From the NCBI GenBank assembly GCA_035221665.1, contig CM069131.1:162936001-163000000 (forward strand): a stretch of 64,000 nucleotides of DNA. Reading direction: 5' to 3'. Shown here piece after piece: positions 12,779-26,255 of this stretch (positions are counted from its first letter, which is position 1; each line of letters opens with the position of its first letter). The notes beneath the pieces are model-generated. The model had not been told where the DNA came from and made no database searches. It saw only the letters and a program-made list of their open reading frames with translations. The position numbers and the translations under genes are program-made. The DNA is from Okamejei kenojei. Its lineage: Eukaryota.

Positions 12779-13005
12779 TACAAAATGCAGGAGTAACTCA
12801 GCGGGACAGGCAGCATCTCTGGAGAGAAGGAATTGTTGATGTTTCGGCTTGAGATCCTTCTCCAGACTTCAGATCAGTCTGAAGAAGCGTGACCCAAAAC
12901 GTCACCCATTCCTTCTCTCCAGAGATGCTGCCTATCCTGCTGAGTTACTCCAGCATTTTGTGTCGATCTTCGGTTTAAATCAGCACCTGCATTACCTTTC
13001 TACAC
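12779..13005. mobile_element. Penelope-derived inverted-repeat element
   Basis: Arms GGAGTAACTCAGCGGGACAGGCAGCATCTCTGGAGAGAAGGAAT / ATTCCTTCTCTCCAGAGATGCTGCCTATCCTGCTGAGTTACTCC. Confidence 0.88.
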
Positions 13006-13888
13006 AGACTCATAATTACCTGTATAAAAAAGCTAAATGTTTGAAGTTTCACAGTGAGAAGAAGTTATTTATGTAGCATCAACATCCATATGAATTATAG
13101 CTGGTTCACTCACCTTGCATTCCTCTTTGATAGATCATGAGGAATTTTCTTCAATCTTAGTTTTCTCTTCCTTCTGGGTTCGACTGGGAAAGTTTAAACT
13201 TTTCTACTTAAACAGAAATTTGACAGTCTCACATAAAACAACTAACCAAATAGTTGCTGCTATTCGTACATTAATGTTTGAGAAGTTAACATTAAGAAAA
13301 TCTGGTCAGCCCATGAAACACTGCTTTTTCCAAGTCATTTCCTCTGTTCCATAAACCCGATTAATCTTAGGAAAGATCCTGCAAAGTGTCCTCCCAGTCT
13401 TCAGTGATAGATTAAGAAAAACCTTAGGATGTCTTTCTATTCATACATCCGACCATATAAATTCTCCAGCGACTATTTTTTTTGGCATAATGTTGTGGAA
13501 CCGTCATACAAAGATAAACTATTCAATTATCTCTGTCTTTAACTAAGACGGCTGGGGGGGGGGGGGGGGGTTGTTTGAATGTGCGATAATTGGAATAAGT
13601 ACAGACTGCTATGAAACATGCATTCTGTCCATGAAGGATCAAGATTGATCAATAAGCGTTAAGACAGTATTCATTTGTAATTTTTTTTTACATAACTATG
13701 ACAAAATATTTCACATTTACTTCATGCTGGACTATTTCAATTATCTTGAATCCCTTCAAAACCTTCAGCTCCATTCGATGAGAGCTGATCTACTTGGATG
13801 CTTGCTCAAGAGAGTGCCTCTTCTCATACCAATCACATTTACACTTGCTTATTCTTGAAGTTCAAGGAAAATCAGCAATGTAATATAA

Positions 13889-14025
13889 TTGGAGGAACAG
13901 CATCTCGTATTTCGCTTGGGCAGCTTTCAGCCCAATGGTATTAATCTTGATTTCTCTCACTTCAAGTAGCCATGGCATTCCCTCTCTCTCTATCCCAACC
14001 CACCCAAGTAGCACTAGCTTCTCAT
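13889..14025 (+). mobile_element. Penelope-like retroelement fragment, C-terminus of the GIY-YIG endonuclease domain
   Basis: 13889-13969 translates LEEQHLVFRLGSFQPNGINLDFSHFK*, the E...I..L.T..P.G.N terminal motif of vertebrate Penelope/Poseidon ORFs. Confidence 0.8.
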
Positions 14026-14333
14026 TTCCCAGTTCTGGTTGCATCAGTATTTCATCATGACATCCTTGTTCTTGTACATTGTGCCTCCACTTATTAAGCC
14101 CAGAACACTTTTTTTTAAATCACTTTCTGAACCTATCTTGCCACCTTCAATCAGTGTTCCACATATCTTGCTCAGATCTCTATATTCTTGAATTCCTTTT
14201 TAAAGTTAGGTCCTCCCATTTATTTCTCCATTCTGGTGACAAGAATGAGAAGATTTGGTTTCTTTAATGTTGCTGAACTCTAAACATTGACTTTGATCAT
14301 TCAAGAATATCCTTTCTCTCCAAAACTGCAATA

Positions 14334-14874
14334 GAGGTAGTCCTTCTATGATCCAATAGTTGTGTTCCTCAGAAACCTTGAGTTATAGAAAATCGCACTG
14401 TTAAAAACCAATTGTGTCAATGGGGAAAGGGGGCTTAGAAGCTAGAGTTTCAAACTTACAATAATAACATTGTCTTTCCTGCAAGATTTTCAAAAACAAA
14501 GGTCTTTTTTTGTCACTGCCAGCTTAAAATACTGAAGGCTGTATGTTACATTGTTTAGTAGTGTACCATTGCACAATCAATCGCATCAATGGAAGCGATT
14601 GATTCCCAATTTCAATGGTCTCCTGCGGTGATACTATGTTCTTAAGTGACAATATTTACATGAAAACAGTTCCTTTTTGTTCGTAAATATTTTCTTTTAC
14701 CCAAGCCAACTTTTTTCCTATTCATCAATTTCCTGAGTAACTTTTAATAGTTCTCTATTTACCGATTGAAATCATGTTGCAACAGTCAGCTTGCATTATA
14801 CAAATAGCATTATTTATCAATTACATTATATCTAATTACAGTTATGGAAACACACACTATAGTAGAACTACCTG
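14334..14874. mobile_element. Old pogo/Tigger-type MITE
   Basis: TA-GAGGTAGTCCTTCTAT at left and ATAGTAGAACTACCTG-TA at right are imperfect TIRs with TA flanks. Confidence 0.6.
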
Positions 14875-14956
14875 TACTATGCTTCATAATGCTATTCATT
14901 CTCTTTTCTTTCCATATAACCATATAACAATTACAGCACTTGTGTCGTTTCATCTT

Positions 14957-15642
14957 TAAACTGGGCACCGATGCCAATGCCCTGCTCCAGTGAGCCCGTC
15001 TTCACTGGCTGCCACATGGTCCAGTTGACACTGCTGCTGTTGTGACTCACGTTGTAGTCCCTGGACATCAGCACTCTTCAGGTTGCCGTTATCAACAGGA
15101 TGCCCCCAGTCACAATGGGGATCCCTCCCCTCTCACCAGCTGCCGCTTCTTGCTGTTGGCCGTCGCTTTGTCCATTTCCTGCTCCACTGGCGCCTCATCC
15201 TCATCCTCCAGCGCAGGAGGGGCCGTTGACATCTTCAAAGGTGGAGTATGTCAGTGACTCCAGGGGAGAAGGAGAAGGGGGTGAGTGAGGGGGGGGGGGG
15301 CGAGTGGAAAAAGCGATGGAAGCAGGAAGCAGGGAGGAGACTGACGGCCTAACAGGGAGAAGCGGCAGCTGGTGAGAGGGGAGGGAGTCCACAGTGGCCC
15401 AGCGCGTCCTGTTGGTGGCAGCGGCCTGAAGAAAGTGCTGTCCCCAGGGGTTACAATGTGAGCCACATCAACGGCCACGTCAACTGGACTGTGCGGTGGT
15501 TGGAGACGGGCTCGCTGGTGCACCTTGTGGGCTGGGGATGACATTGGAAGCTGGGGCTGTGGCGACCGGTGCAAACCGGTGGTGGGTCAGTAGCTATACT
15601 GAAATCCATTATAAAGGGGTCCGTTAAAACAAGGGTTTACTG
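14957..15642. mobile_element. GC-rich non-autonomous DNA transposon remnant with one pogo/Tigger-like TIR
   Basis: Abrupt GC/CpG-rich block ending TCCGTTAAAACAAGGGTTTACTG-TA; matching left TIR not found. Confidence 0.55.
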
Positions 15643-15658
15643 TAAGTGAATAACGAGT

Positions 15659-15747
15659 ATAGACACAAAAAGCTGGAGTAACTCACGGCACAGGCAGAAT
15701 CTCAGGAGAGAAGGAATGGGTGACGTTTTGGGTCGAGACCCTTCTTC
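15659..15747 (-). mobile_element. Penelope-derived single-arm element
   Basis: AGACACAAAAAGCTGGAGTAACTCA...GGGTGACGTTTTGGGTCGAGACCCTTCTTC. Confidence 0.85.
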
Positions 15748-15795
15748 GGATGGCTATTCAGACTTGAATAGTGAGTGTTCATATTAAACTAATTC

Positions 15796-15936
15796 TTCTT
15801 CTTCGTCTTTCGTGTGGCGTGCACAGCCGAAAGTTGTAGGACAACTTGTTCTATTTGATCTTCCATTTGTGCACGTCGAGTTGATTGCATTAGTCGGAAC
15901 AGGGCGGACCACGTGAAGGTTGCAATCTTCCACCCC
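15796..15936 (-). mobile_element. 5'-truncated non-LTR retroelement (RTE/RTEX-like, (GAA)n tail) with perfect 10-bp TSD
   Basis: AAACTAATTC at 15786-15795 and 15937-15946; (TTC)n at left end; CpGs retained; clade is inferred from the tail only. Confidence 0.7.
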
Positions 15937-16087
15937 AAACTAATTCAAAGAACAGAGATCATAAAATGGCAACTTTCACTTTGTGTTGTGATGCCTGTGA
16001 ATTCACTTAGCAAAGTAAATTGAATCTGAAAAAAATAACATTTTAAATCTATATACTATCTATTAGTAAATCATTTTTCAATTAACC

Positions 16088-16134
16088 AATTCAGGCCAAA
16101 GAGTTCAATCTTGGTTTCATCAGACCAGAGCACC
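16088..16134 (-). mobile_element. 47-bp fragment of a Sleeping Beauty-like Tc1 transposase gene
   Basis: Minus strand translates VLWSDETKIELFGLN, the first catalytic Asp motif. Confidence 0.8.
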
Positions 16135-16140
16135 AGAGAA

Positions 16141-16760
16141 TACAACCATATAATAATAATAACACCATATAACAATTACAGCATGGAAACAGGCCCTCTC
16201 GGCCCTTCCAGTCCGTGCCGATCATTTGTTTTCCCCTAGTCCCATCTACCTGCACTCAGATCATACCCCTCCATTCCCTTCCCGTCCATATACCTATCCA
16301 CTTTACTTTTAAATGTTAAAATCGATCCTGCCTCCACCACTTCTGCTGGAAGCTCATTCCACACAGCCACCACCCTCTGAGTAAAGAAGTTCCCCCTCAC
16401 GTTACCCCTAAACTTCCGTCCCTTAATTCTCATGTCATGCCCTCTTGTTTGAATCTTCCCTACCCTCAATGGGAAAAGCTTATCCACGTCAACTCTGTCC
16501 ATCCCTTTCATCATTTTAAAGACCTCAATCAAGTCCCCCCTTAACCTTCTGCGCTCCAAAGAATAAAGACCTAACTTGTTCAACCTTTCTCTGTAACATA
16601 GTTGCTGGAACCCAGGCAACATTCTAGTAAATCTCCTCTGTACTCTCTCTATTTTGTTGACATCCTTCCTATAATTAGGCGACCAAAATTGTACACCATA
16701 CTCCAGAATTGGTCTTATCAATGCCGTGTACAATTTTAACATTACTTCCCTACTCCTATA
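16141..16760 (-). mobile_element. Young CR1 LINE, 5'-truncated, with uninterrupted 168-aa ORF2 C-terminus
   Basis: ORF 16236-16742: LYTALIRPILEYGVQFWSP...IERVQRRFTRM...TRGH...FFTQRVVAVWNELP; (ATGGTTAT)-type tail. Confidence 0.96.
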
Positions 16761-16890
16761 TTTCCCTCTCTGCCTTTCCTGAAAACCTTGAATCCAGGAA
16801 TTTTATCAAACCCATTTCTGCCTTTTCTTCAGCCGTCTTTGTTATGCCATGGTTTAGTAATTTTTCTTGGTGGTATGTATCTGTAGTTAG

Positions 16891-17045
16891 ATAGAAACAT
16901 AGAAAATAGGTACATGAAGAGGCCATTCGGCTTTTCGAACCAGCACCGCCATTCATTGTGATCATGGCTGATCGTCCCCTATCGAATGCCTGCCTTCTCC
17001 CCATATCCCTTGACTCCACTAGCCCCTAGAGCTCTATCTAACTCA
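16891..17045 (-). mobile_element. CR1 3' UTR fragment
   Basis: Same subfamily as 12356-12690. Confidence 0.88.
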
Positions 17046-17306
17046 AAATATATTTTATAAAAGTTCCTCTTGCATTTACATGCATGCACTGGAAGAGTAT
17101 CTTGCAGTATGCTCTCTTACTCTAGTTCTGTCTCACTACTTCCTATTCCTTGTTTTAATGCTTTTTCTTTTTTTTCTGATAGTTTTTGTATCTACTCTCT
17201 CATCTTAAAGTGCTTCCTTCTGAGCCTAATCCCTGCTTGATGCAATACAATGACATAGCTAGTAGAACTGCTTTCTGACAGCTCCTGTGATCCTTGTTCA
17301 AACTTA

Positions 17307-18521
17307 CACTGCCCTCCATAATGTTTGGGACAAAGACCCACCATTTATTTCTTTGCCTCCTTATTCCGCAATTTGAGATTTGTTATAGAAAAAAATCACA
17401 TGTAATTAAAGAGCACATTGTCAGATTTTAACAAAGGCCACTTTTATACATTTTGGTTTCACCATGTAAAAATTACAGCGGTGTTTATACATAGTCCCCC
17501 CCCATTTCAGGGCACCAGGATGTTTGGGACACAGCAATGTCATGTAAATGAAAGTAGTCATGTTTAGTATTTTGTTGCATATCCTTTGCATGCAATGACT
17601 GCTTAAAGTCTGCGATTCATGGACATTACCAGTTGCTGGGTGTCATCTCTGGTGATGCTCTGCCAGGCCTGTATTGCAGCCATCTTTGGCTTATGCTTGT
17701 TTTGGGGGATAGTACTCTTAAGTTTTCTCTTCAGCATATAAAAGGCATGCTCAATTGGGTTCCGATCAGGTGATTGACTTGGCCACTCAAGAATTGACAA
17801 TTTTTAACTTTGAAAAACTCCTTTGTTGCTTTAGCAGTATGTTTGGGATCATTGTCTTGCTGTAGAATGAACCACTGGCCAATGCATTTTGAGGCATTTG
17901 TTTGAAATTGAGCAGATAGGATGTGTCTATACACTTCAGAATTCATTATGTTACTACCATCAGCAGTTCTTTCATTAATGAAGTTAGGTGAGCGAGTACC
18001 TTTAGCAGCCATACATGCCCAGGCCATAACATCCCCACCACGGTGTTTGCAATTAGTAAGCTCACCAGTGCTCTCTTTCTTCTTAATAATGTTCCAAACA
18101 GTTGATTTTGGTAAGCCTAAGGTTTGGCTGATGTCTCTAACAGTTTTATTCTTGTTTCTCAGTCTCCTAATGGCTTCTTTGACATTCATTGGCACAACCT
18201 TTGGTCCTCATGTTGATACACAGCAATACAAGTTTCCAAAGGTGATGGAAAGACTGGAGGAAAGTCTAGTTGCTGAGAGCTCTCTTATACCTGCATTAAG
18301 GAGGCATTGATCACCTGATCAATTACAATGGGGGGACTATATATAAACACAGCTGAAATTTCCACATGGTGAAACCAAAGTGTATAAAAATTGCCTTTAA
18401 TAAAATCTGACAATGTGCACTTTAACCACCGGTGATTTTTTTCTATTACAAGTCTCAAATTGTATACAGAGGCAAATAAATAAATGATGGGTCTTTGTCC
18501 CAAACATTATGGAGGGCACTG
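17307..18521 (-). mobile_element. Tc1-family IR/DR DNA transposon, internally deleted
   Basis: TA-CACTGCCCTCCATAATGTTTGGGACAAAGACCCA ... TGGGTCTTTGTCCCAAACATTATGGAGGGCACTG-TA; long IRs with inner DR at ~17508; transposase pieces DISQTLGLPKSTVWNII, QQDNDPKH, WPSQSPDRNPIE; ~390 bp missing relative to the 26256-28248 copy. Confidence 0.96.
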
Positions 18522-18523
18522 TA

Positions 18524-18780
18524 ACACCATCAGGTCGGGATTGCACATTCACAGTTTTGTTTCCGGCCGTTGCTCTGGTTTCATCCACATCCCAACAGTG
18601 TGCAGATTGGTGGCTTGATTGCCCATTGTAAATTGTCCCAAGTATGTAGCTGATTGGTAAAATAGGGAGATGGCAAGAATGTGGGAATAAAATGAGATTA
18701 AGGGAGGATTAATGTAAATGGATGCTTGGCGGCTGACTCAGACTCATTGGGGTTGGAGTTGTTTCCATTCTGTGTGACTG
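18524..18780 (+). mobile_element. Old V-SINE 3' part
   Basis: TTGCTCTGGTTTCATCCACATCCCAA...TGTAAATTGTCCC...GTTTCCATTCTGTGTGACT. Confidence 0.6.
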
Positions 18781-19884
18781 CCTAAGTTAGTTCAACCTTC
18801 ACACCAATTCACCATTATGATGCTTGATGAAAACATTAGAAAAACACATATATATTTTGTTTCCTCCATGAATTTACCTTCACTGATCTTCTGATCCTAA
18901 AGAGTAGATTATTGGCTATAACATTGTAATTCTGTCATTTTCCACACTCTATACGTGCGACTATGAGATCATTATTCGAGTTCACATTTTTCTCGTGATT
19001 TTCCAATCCAGAAATTATCCACGATATAAGTAGGCATCACTTTCTTTGCATATGTTGTGCATTCATGACAAATGCTGTGATTAAACTGATGTTAAAACTG
19101 TGCGTGCATCTGTGTGTAGAGTGCGTGTGTCTGTGGATATGTCTGTGGGTGGATGCAGCCATTTGTAGTGTGTGTTTAAACATGCGCATATCTAAAATCA
19201 TCTGCACTTAATTCAAAGTTGTACAATTGAATTTTCATGAATAGTCAGCATTGAGGAATAAAAACTCGAATTGCTTCTACGTGGTTTCTATCACATCTTT
19301 GAAATGGTCCTCCATGATTTATTACGGTAAATTGAATTTGCTATTTCTGTGTAAACAAATGCAGCATTAATTTTGCATATTGAAATATCCCAGGTACTAT
19401 ATTAGTATTAGATGTTTTTCATGTTGTTGGTTCAGAGATGAACAGTTGGAGCTGTTAGTTATCATATGCTGTCAAATTATCTTGACATAATAAAGATGGG
19501 GTCTCAAATTAATGTAATCCAAAAGCAAACACCTTGAATCGGACAACACTCATTCAATGCTGCACCAGAAGGCAAACATAGACATTGATTATGTACTCCA
19601 CTGCTGGAGTTAGTTTTAAGCATGTTCATGTATTGGACCAAGATGTTACCAACTGAACTGAAACTAATATGTCAGGTTTCAGATACCAAAATGATTTTAT
19701 TAACATTTTCTCAGATTGGTTGTTGCATGTTGTTTATAGTTTGTGTATATGGGTTTTTTAGGAGTTTTGTTTTAACATCAGTTTAATCACAGCATTTAAC
19801 ATCGATGAGCATTGATTGCTCCTTCGGAAATAATTCCACACAGCTATGATATTTACTCCTATCTTTCTCAAGTATGGGAATAGT

Positions 19885-19980
19885 ATCAGAAGAAGGGCCC
19901 TGCCCTGAAACGTCATCTTATTCATGTTCTCCAGAGATGCTGCCTGATGTGCTGAGTTACTCCAGCACTTTGTGCTATTT
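19885..19980 (+). mobile_element. Penelope-derived single-arm element
   Basis: CAGAAGAAGGGCCCTGCCCTGAAACGTCA...CTCCAGAGATGCTGCCTGATGTGCTGAGTTACTCCAGC. Confidence 0.8.
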
Positions 19981-20379
19981 TTAATAGTGAGGGCTTGGTC
20001 ATCGGTTACTGAAAACACAACAATGATTGTTGATCAATTGGGTGAGGTGGGGGGGGGGGGGGGGGGGGGGGGGTAATGGTGGAGGAACTCCTCCTTCCCA
20101 TTTTCACTGAGATTAACTAACTCCACAAAGAATCCTGGTTGAGTTTTGGGCCTCTGTGATTTATGTGGATCAGCGACATGCTAGTGAAGGATTTGATTGA
20201 TCTTCAGTTAGTGAACCTGTTCCATATGTTTACTTGCCTCGCTGACGTGGAGTGTAGAATTCATTCCATTCTCTGACTTCCATTTAGGACCTCATAATCT
20301 TGTGCTTGCGTCCTGTATTCTTTGTTTACTTTCTTAATACCCTGCTTGCTTCTGTGCATTCCAATATTTTAAAGTAACT

Positions 20380-20497
20380 AGATCCCAAAACGTCACCCAC
20401 TCCTTCTCTCCAGAGATGCTGTCGGTCCCGCTGAGTTACTCCAGCATTTTCTGTCTACCTTCGATTTAAACCGGCATCTGCAGTTCTTTCCTACACA
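20380..20497 (+). mobile_element. Penelope-derived single-arm element
   Basis: CCCAAAACGTCACCCACTCCTTCTCTCCAGAGATGCTG...GCATCTGCAGTTCTTTCCTACAC. Confidence 0.82.
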
Positions 20498-22133
20498 TAG
20501 ATCATGTCCTCTCTTGGCCGTCTTCGTTGAAGACTGGCTCATTTCTTTGAGTGTATTTTCTACTTTCAGTTCCCATGTGCTGTAATCATTCGCCTTTAAT
20601 TTTTAAGAACATTAAAGAGGGATGCCAGAATTACACATAATGCTTAAAATGTTTCCTCATGACTTTAGTCACATATAATTCCAAAAGATGCCTACATTAA
20701 TGACAATTGTCTCAAGCAGTTTTAAGAAACATCCATATTTAGCTGTCACATTAGTGATTACTGAAATCACCAGGACAGTTATTAATGTACAGATGTAAGA
20801 ATAGAAAATATTTCACTTGCTATCCTCTTTGGTTGATTCCAAACACCACTACAATATTGACATGATTGTTTTTAATCCTCAAAGGCTATCTTACAGGTGG
20901 TACTGTTTCTGATAATAAAAACAGATCATAAAGATTGCTTCAATGAAACTGGTAGTTTAAAAAAAATATTTCTTTCATGTGGAATTTACATCAGAGTATT
21001 GGAATGTAGGAATGAGTAAAGATCTTTTATCTATGCAGTTGATTCTGCTTAATACACATATGAAAACTGTTGAGACAATTAAATAGAGAAAAAAAACATT
21101 TGTAGGACAGGGCCTATGGAGAACTCACCTGTGATTAGTGCATTTTCTTAAAATCAGATTTAATTTTACCTCTGCTCCCCAGTGCAAATTCTTCTTGACG
21201 TGTTCAGAGTCTGCACTTTGCTCCTTAATTTGTGCTTTATTCCAACCTCCCCTGTGCTCCATATTGATTAATTGACGTGAAACATCGTGGGTTGAATTTT
21301 TGAATGGGTTGTGTACCTCGTAGTTTTTAATTTTGGATTTTTTAGTTGGAAGTTAATAGATATGAAAGTTTGTCAGTGTCGACATTCTGCCATCTAGAGG
21401 CTTTGTTTTTCCCGTAAGACTAAGGCCTTAGCAAGCTGCACCAGACGTTCTTCATTGGTCACAGAGATTTAAAAGGCATCTTGGAATTAACTGTACAGCT
21501 AAATGACCAAACCACTGCTGTTGGTGCCATTGCTAGGGTTTAGTGTGTATTTATTTTAGAATTAATTCACACATGGCAAGCATTTCTCATTACAAATAAT
21601 AAATAGTGTAATAGTTTATCAAATGTTTGTCATTCTACCTCAAACTTTGTGTCTGTTTCTCGGTGATCAATACAATGTTAAATTTGTGCTTCTCAGCTTT
21701 GTCCTGGATATGAGATATTTGAACTTGAATCAGTTACTACTTATAAATAGCAACTTGAATAATTACTATTTAAATAAAAGTTTCCTACATTTTTATCACA
21801 TGGTTGTGTGATTTGGATTGCTTGTTTACATACCATCTTTTCAATTCCCCCTTTCCCATCTCTCCTACCAACTCTTTTCCATCAGACTCCACCTTCTTCT
21901 GATCTCTGCAAGCTCATCCATCCTCTCTCTCCCTTTTCAATCCCCTCCTGATACCCAGGACGACACCTATCTCTCCGACCCCAACATCCGAAATCCTATC
22001 TCTGTCTGATCAAACATTCTCTATGTAATTTTCCAATTCCCTCTCCTAGACACCACCTTCCTTTCTCTGAACCTCTCAATTCCCTTTTCCAAATGCCTCC
22101 AGCACACTTTCTTTCCATTCTCACTGCCTCTAT

Positions 22134-22265
22134 TGAGGTACATGGATAGAAAAAGGTTTAGAGAAATATGGGATAATGTGGGCAATGGGACCAGCTTAAA
22201 TGGTACATTTTGGTCAGTATGGATGAGTTGAGCTGAAGAGCCCACTTCCCTGCTGTATGACACTC
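22134..22265 (+). mobile_element. Old CR1 3' UTR fragment within a pyrimidine-rich tract
   Basis: AGGTACATGGATAGAAAAAGGTTTAGAGAAATATGG...GCTGTATGAC. Confidence 0.75.
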
Positions 22266-25200
22266 CTTCATTATTTCAGTATGACTGCTCCACTATCTGC
22301 CCCCCTTCTCTCTGCCCACTCCATAGCATTTTCCATTCTCTGACACATACTCTGCTACTTCTCTGCTTTTTACCCCAGTCAGCATGGATGACCTGGGTCA
22401 AAGGTGTTTCTACACAGAATGACTCTACAATACTCCCCAACCTTCAGTAACTCCTTATTTTACACCTGTTACTGGCCAAAATTATTCCAGCATGTCACTC
22501 TGATGTGCATCTGCACATTTTCCCTGCATCTCCATATCTATGGATTGTTGTGGAGGGTGGTGGGGGGGAATGTAGCAGCAGGAAATTTGACAGCTGGAGC
22601 TGGATATGACCACATCCTACCCAACATTAGAGGTTGGAGTACTACATGAAGGATGATATTCAGGTCATAATGCCGGGCTACAAGGGGCCTGCCCTTTTCA
22701 TTTGAGTGGAGCATTGTTGATTTGTAAAAACTCAATTCCATTTTTATCCCATTAGCAACCAATTCATGCATTTTTGTTAGAATAAACCCTTCAATTTACA
22801 GTTATGTTAATTACGCATGTTAACAATAATTATCCGATGGCTTAATAAAAGCTTGATTAGCCAATGATTTCTGGTGTACTATCGGTGTCTTTGTGCTTTT
22901 CTTTAAACAGGAAATATTTGATAAAGTGGTAAACTTAGATTTGGTCTCAGAAACGCTATAGAAATAGATGAGGTGGGAAGATAAAATGTTTGATGTAGAT
23001 CAATTCTACAGGCGATCATTTGAATTTGTGGAACGTCCTGAAATTTCTTAACAAAAACATCCTTCATTGCTAGGAACACTGTCAGATCTTAAGCACATTT
23101 ATTTAGTTATTTATCCTCATTAATCTAATTTGATTTTTTTTTTTTCACTCATTTTAGTTTAGTTGATGGCCACAGTTTATTGCTTATTATCATGATTAAC
23201 ATTTTTGGTAAATGTTGGTTTGCTATATAAAGAATCATCGCTGGATTTAGGAGCTGTTGTTTAATGTTACACTGAAAATGGACGTCAAATCGGTGAAGAG
23301 TTTTGGAGAAACCTAATTTAAAAATCTCAGGATTATGAAAGAGATTAGTGAGGTTAATTAGGTTGTTCAATTTCATCAATGGTTCAAATACCAGAGGAAA
23401 TAAGTTCAAAAAGTACAAAATTAAGAGCAAACAGTAAAGCTGTGCATAACTTTTCAACATTAAAAGTTGGAAGCGTGGATCGAGTTACCAGGAGACCAGA
23501 TGTTGTTGAAAGAAAAGGGAGTGAACGATGCCTAATACTAGGGTTAATTTACAAGGGTTCTTGCTTGTTGTGCAGTTATACAAAACACTCCTGCCCTGAA
23601 TTTCGTGTTTAGTTGCCCTGGTTTCACCAACTTCATTTCAACCGAAATAGCAAAATTATAAATACATATTATGTTTAACACTTCGACAGGTTTCCGTTGT
23701 TGTGCACTAGTTCAAAGAAGAGATGCACTGTAAAATATATTTGGGTGCGATAAGGGACTGTTTAGATTGTAATAGCATTCTCATTTATACAAAATTTACA
23801 AGGATGACTGTTTAAAAATATTGTGTTCCGTATTATCTAAAATGTGTTTAGGATCAACTATTCAATGATAGTATGTTACTAATGTAAAATTCACCACAAT
23901 AATTTAGCTTTGATCTATTTGATTAACAGATCTTGCTCAGTTACATGCGTTAGCAGTTAAAATGAGATTTTGAAAAACATCAAAAGTAATTTCAAAGTGC
24001 ATATTTTGTTATTTTAAGTCTAAAGTTAAAGTTCAGCAGAATACAAATTTGATTTTATTTAACCTTAATTATTTTGTGTAGAAAATAGCAGCTTTACATC
24101 AGCGAGCACCTGATGTTAACTTAAATGTCACAAATAGAGTTCTAAACTGATGGATATCAATTAAAATAAACACAAAGAAAATTCTGTAAAGGGCAGGTTA
24201 TCCTTTTCTGCCCGATTATTGCTATTCTCGCTATCATTGAAGGAATTTGTGAATTTCAATTTAACTTGCAAATTACTAGTAATCAAGCAACTTGTCACTA
24301 GAACCGGACAATATCCACACCTGGGCTGCTAGATGGCAAATTATATTGATGCCAGACAAGTGCCAAACTAGTCACACCCAATGGCAATCAAATCATAGCC
24401 TAAACATCTACTGTATTGACATTACTATCGAGTCCTGGGGACTTGGGTGAGCCAGGATCTTATTCAGATCCGTCAAACAAATACTGTGGCTCCTCGCCCA
24501 GCTTGGATGGTGGATTTCTGAAATATTTGTTTTTCCCTCTTAATTCCCCAAAGCCTCCCCGCCATCTTAAAGGTGCAAATGGCATGGTTCCACTTGTCTG
24601 AATGAGTGCAGCTCGCAGTACCACAAGAATGTAGGCACCATCCATGACCAAACAGCTAGCTCAGTCGATAAGCAACCACCTAATTTTGTCCCTTCACACC
24701 CGTGAGGCATTCCATTAGAGGGTGCCATCTTGTAAAGGTTTCTTTGAAAGCAGTGCCCAAAATAATGGTCATTCTTGACCAACATATCAATTGCTACACC
24801 TCCTTTCGTCACAAAAAAATCCGTATTTAGACATATACGATTATCCCATCAGCATTAGCTTCAAATACTGGGACAATCACACCTGAGCATTGGAGAATGT
24901 CTTCACAATTTTTTGCCAATCTAGGAATGGGTAATTTGCGTGGATTTTGCCCGAGTTGTTTACATCTCGTGAAGAAATGAAAAATACTTGTTCTGTTTTC
25001 TTTGTCCACTTCTATTGCACGAACATTTATATCAGCAACATGTTAAAAACCTGGGATTTTTGTGCAAATGTTTAAATGAATGGCGATGCAACCTATGGTT
25101 CACTTACCAAATGCATTGCAGAATAAAATACTGACCTGCCAGATGAGGCGAATCTGCAGAATTACTTGACGTGCACTGGTACGATGATGGATGCATATCA

Positions 25201-26147
25201 AATTTCCCAGGCAGGCTGAGGAAAATCTTCCCATTCCTGCTGAAAATGTATGTAGTGTGACAGTTGGGTGAAGATGCCCCACACTTGAATAGCCTGGTGA
25301 CAATCTCTGTCTTGGCTAACATGGAACATTGGAGCTTTGCCAGTGCCTGTGGAGATATACTCAAGCTTCTGTTGCAGTCTTTCAGAGCAGGAGAGAATAA
25401 TTGTGGGAAGGCAAGGGCAATACAAAGAATGCTTCTTTCTGCGCAGTTTTCACTTTTCAATTGTTCCCCTCATCCACACTTTACATTTTCGTGAGAGGAA
25501 CAATTGAGGGTATGGAGTGAGAATCTGTTGAGAATTTTCGTTAAAATCTAGAGTTTATTTTAAATGCCACACCCACTAGCCATTCCTGTTTGAGTTACCC
25601 ATGAATCATATATTTTGGCATATCCACAACAGGTTACAAATTATTAACATTTTGTTTGTCAGTGAGGAAGTTTAGTCCAAATGATTAATTGTGTCCTGTA
25701 GGTCTGCGATGCAGGTTTACATTTTGCTGATTTAATTATATTATTCCGGATCTCTGCAATTATTAAAATAATGAGCAAATTATAACTGGTGGTTTTGAGT
25801 TGTTATTTAATTCTGAATGCTTTTGTTCTGGTGGGGCAAGTCTCTTAACCCACTCCAAAAATATATTTTATTCATACTTTTAATTTTCTTATTCATAATA
25901 TAATGTATATATTGTTATTTTGGATTGATTTTGACCTAAACAGTAAATCCACCATTTGAATAAAAACAATGGATAGAAAAGATTTAAAGGGATGTGGATA
26001 AGACATGGGCAAGAGGCACTAGTTTAGAAGGGGCATCACTGTTGGCATGGACGAGTTGGGCCCAAATGCCTGTTTGGATTTGGCCTGCTGTTCAGTCAGT
26101 GACTAATAGGAAAAGCTAAGTCAAGGTTTTGGTTTCCAATAAATGTA

Positions 26148-26191
<44 letters not shown>
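26148..26191. repeat. (TA)n microsatellite
   Basis: About 20 TA units. Confidence 0.95.
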
Positions 26192-26195
<4 letters not shown>

Positions 26196-26255
26196 AGCAT
26201 CAGAATTAAATTATTTTAATATTTGCAGAAACTATTTGCAGAGATCCGGAATAAT

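Noticed and set aside
14957-15642. GC-rich blocks (also 58458-59024 and 61900-62330) as CpG-island promoters or coding exons
   Set aside because: Sharp edges with transposon termini; overlapping ORFs in many frames reflect GC content
16236-16742. 168-aa uninterrupted ORF as a host gene
   Set aside because: It is the C-terminus of CR1 ORF2 in a 5'-truncated copy
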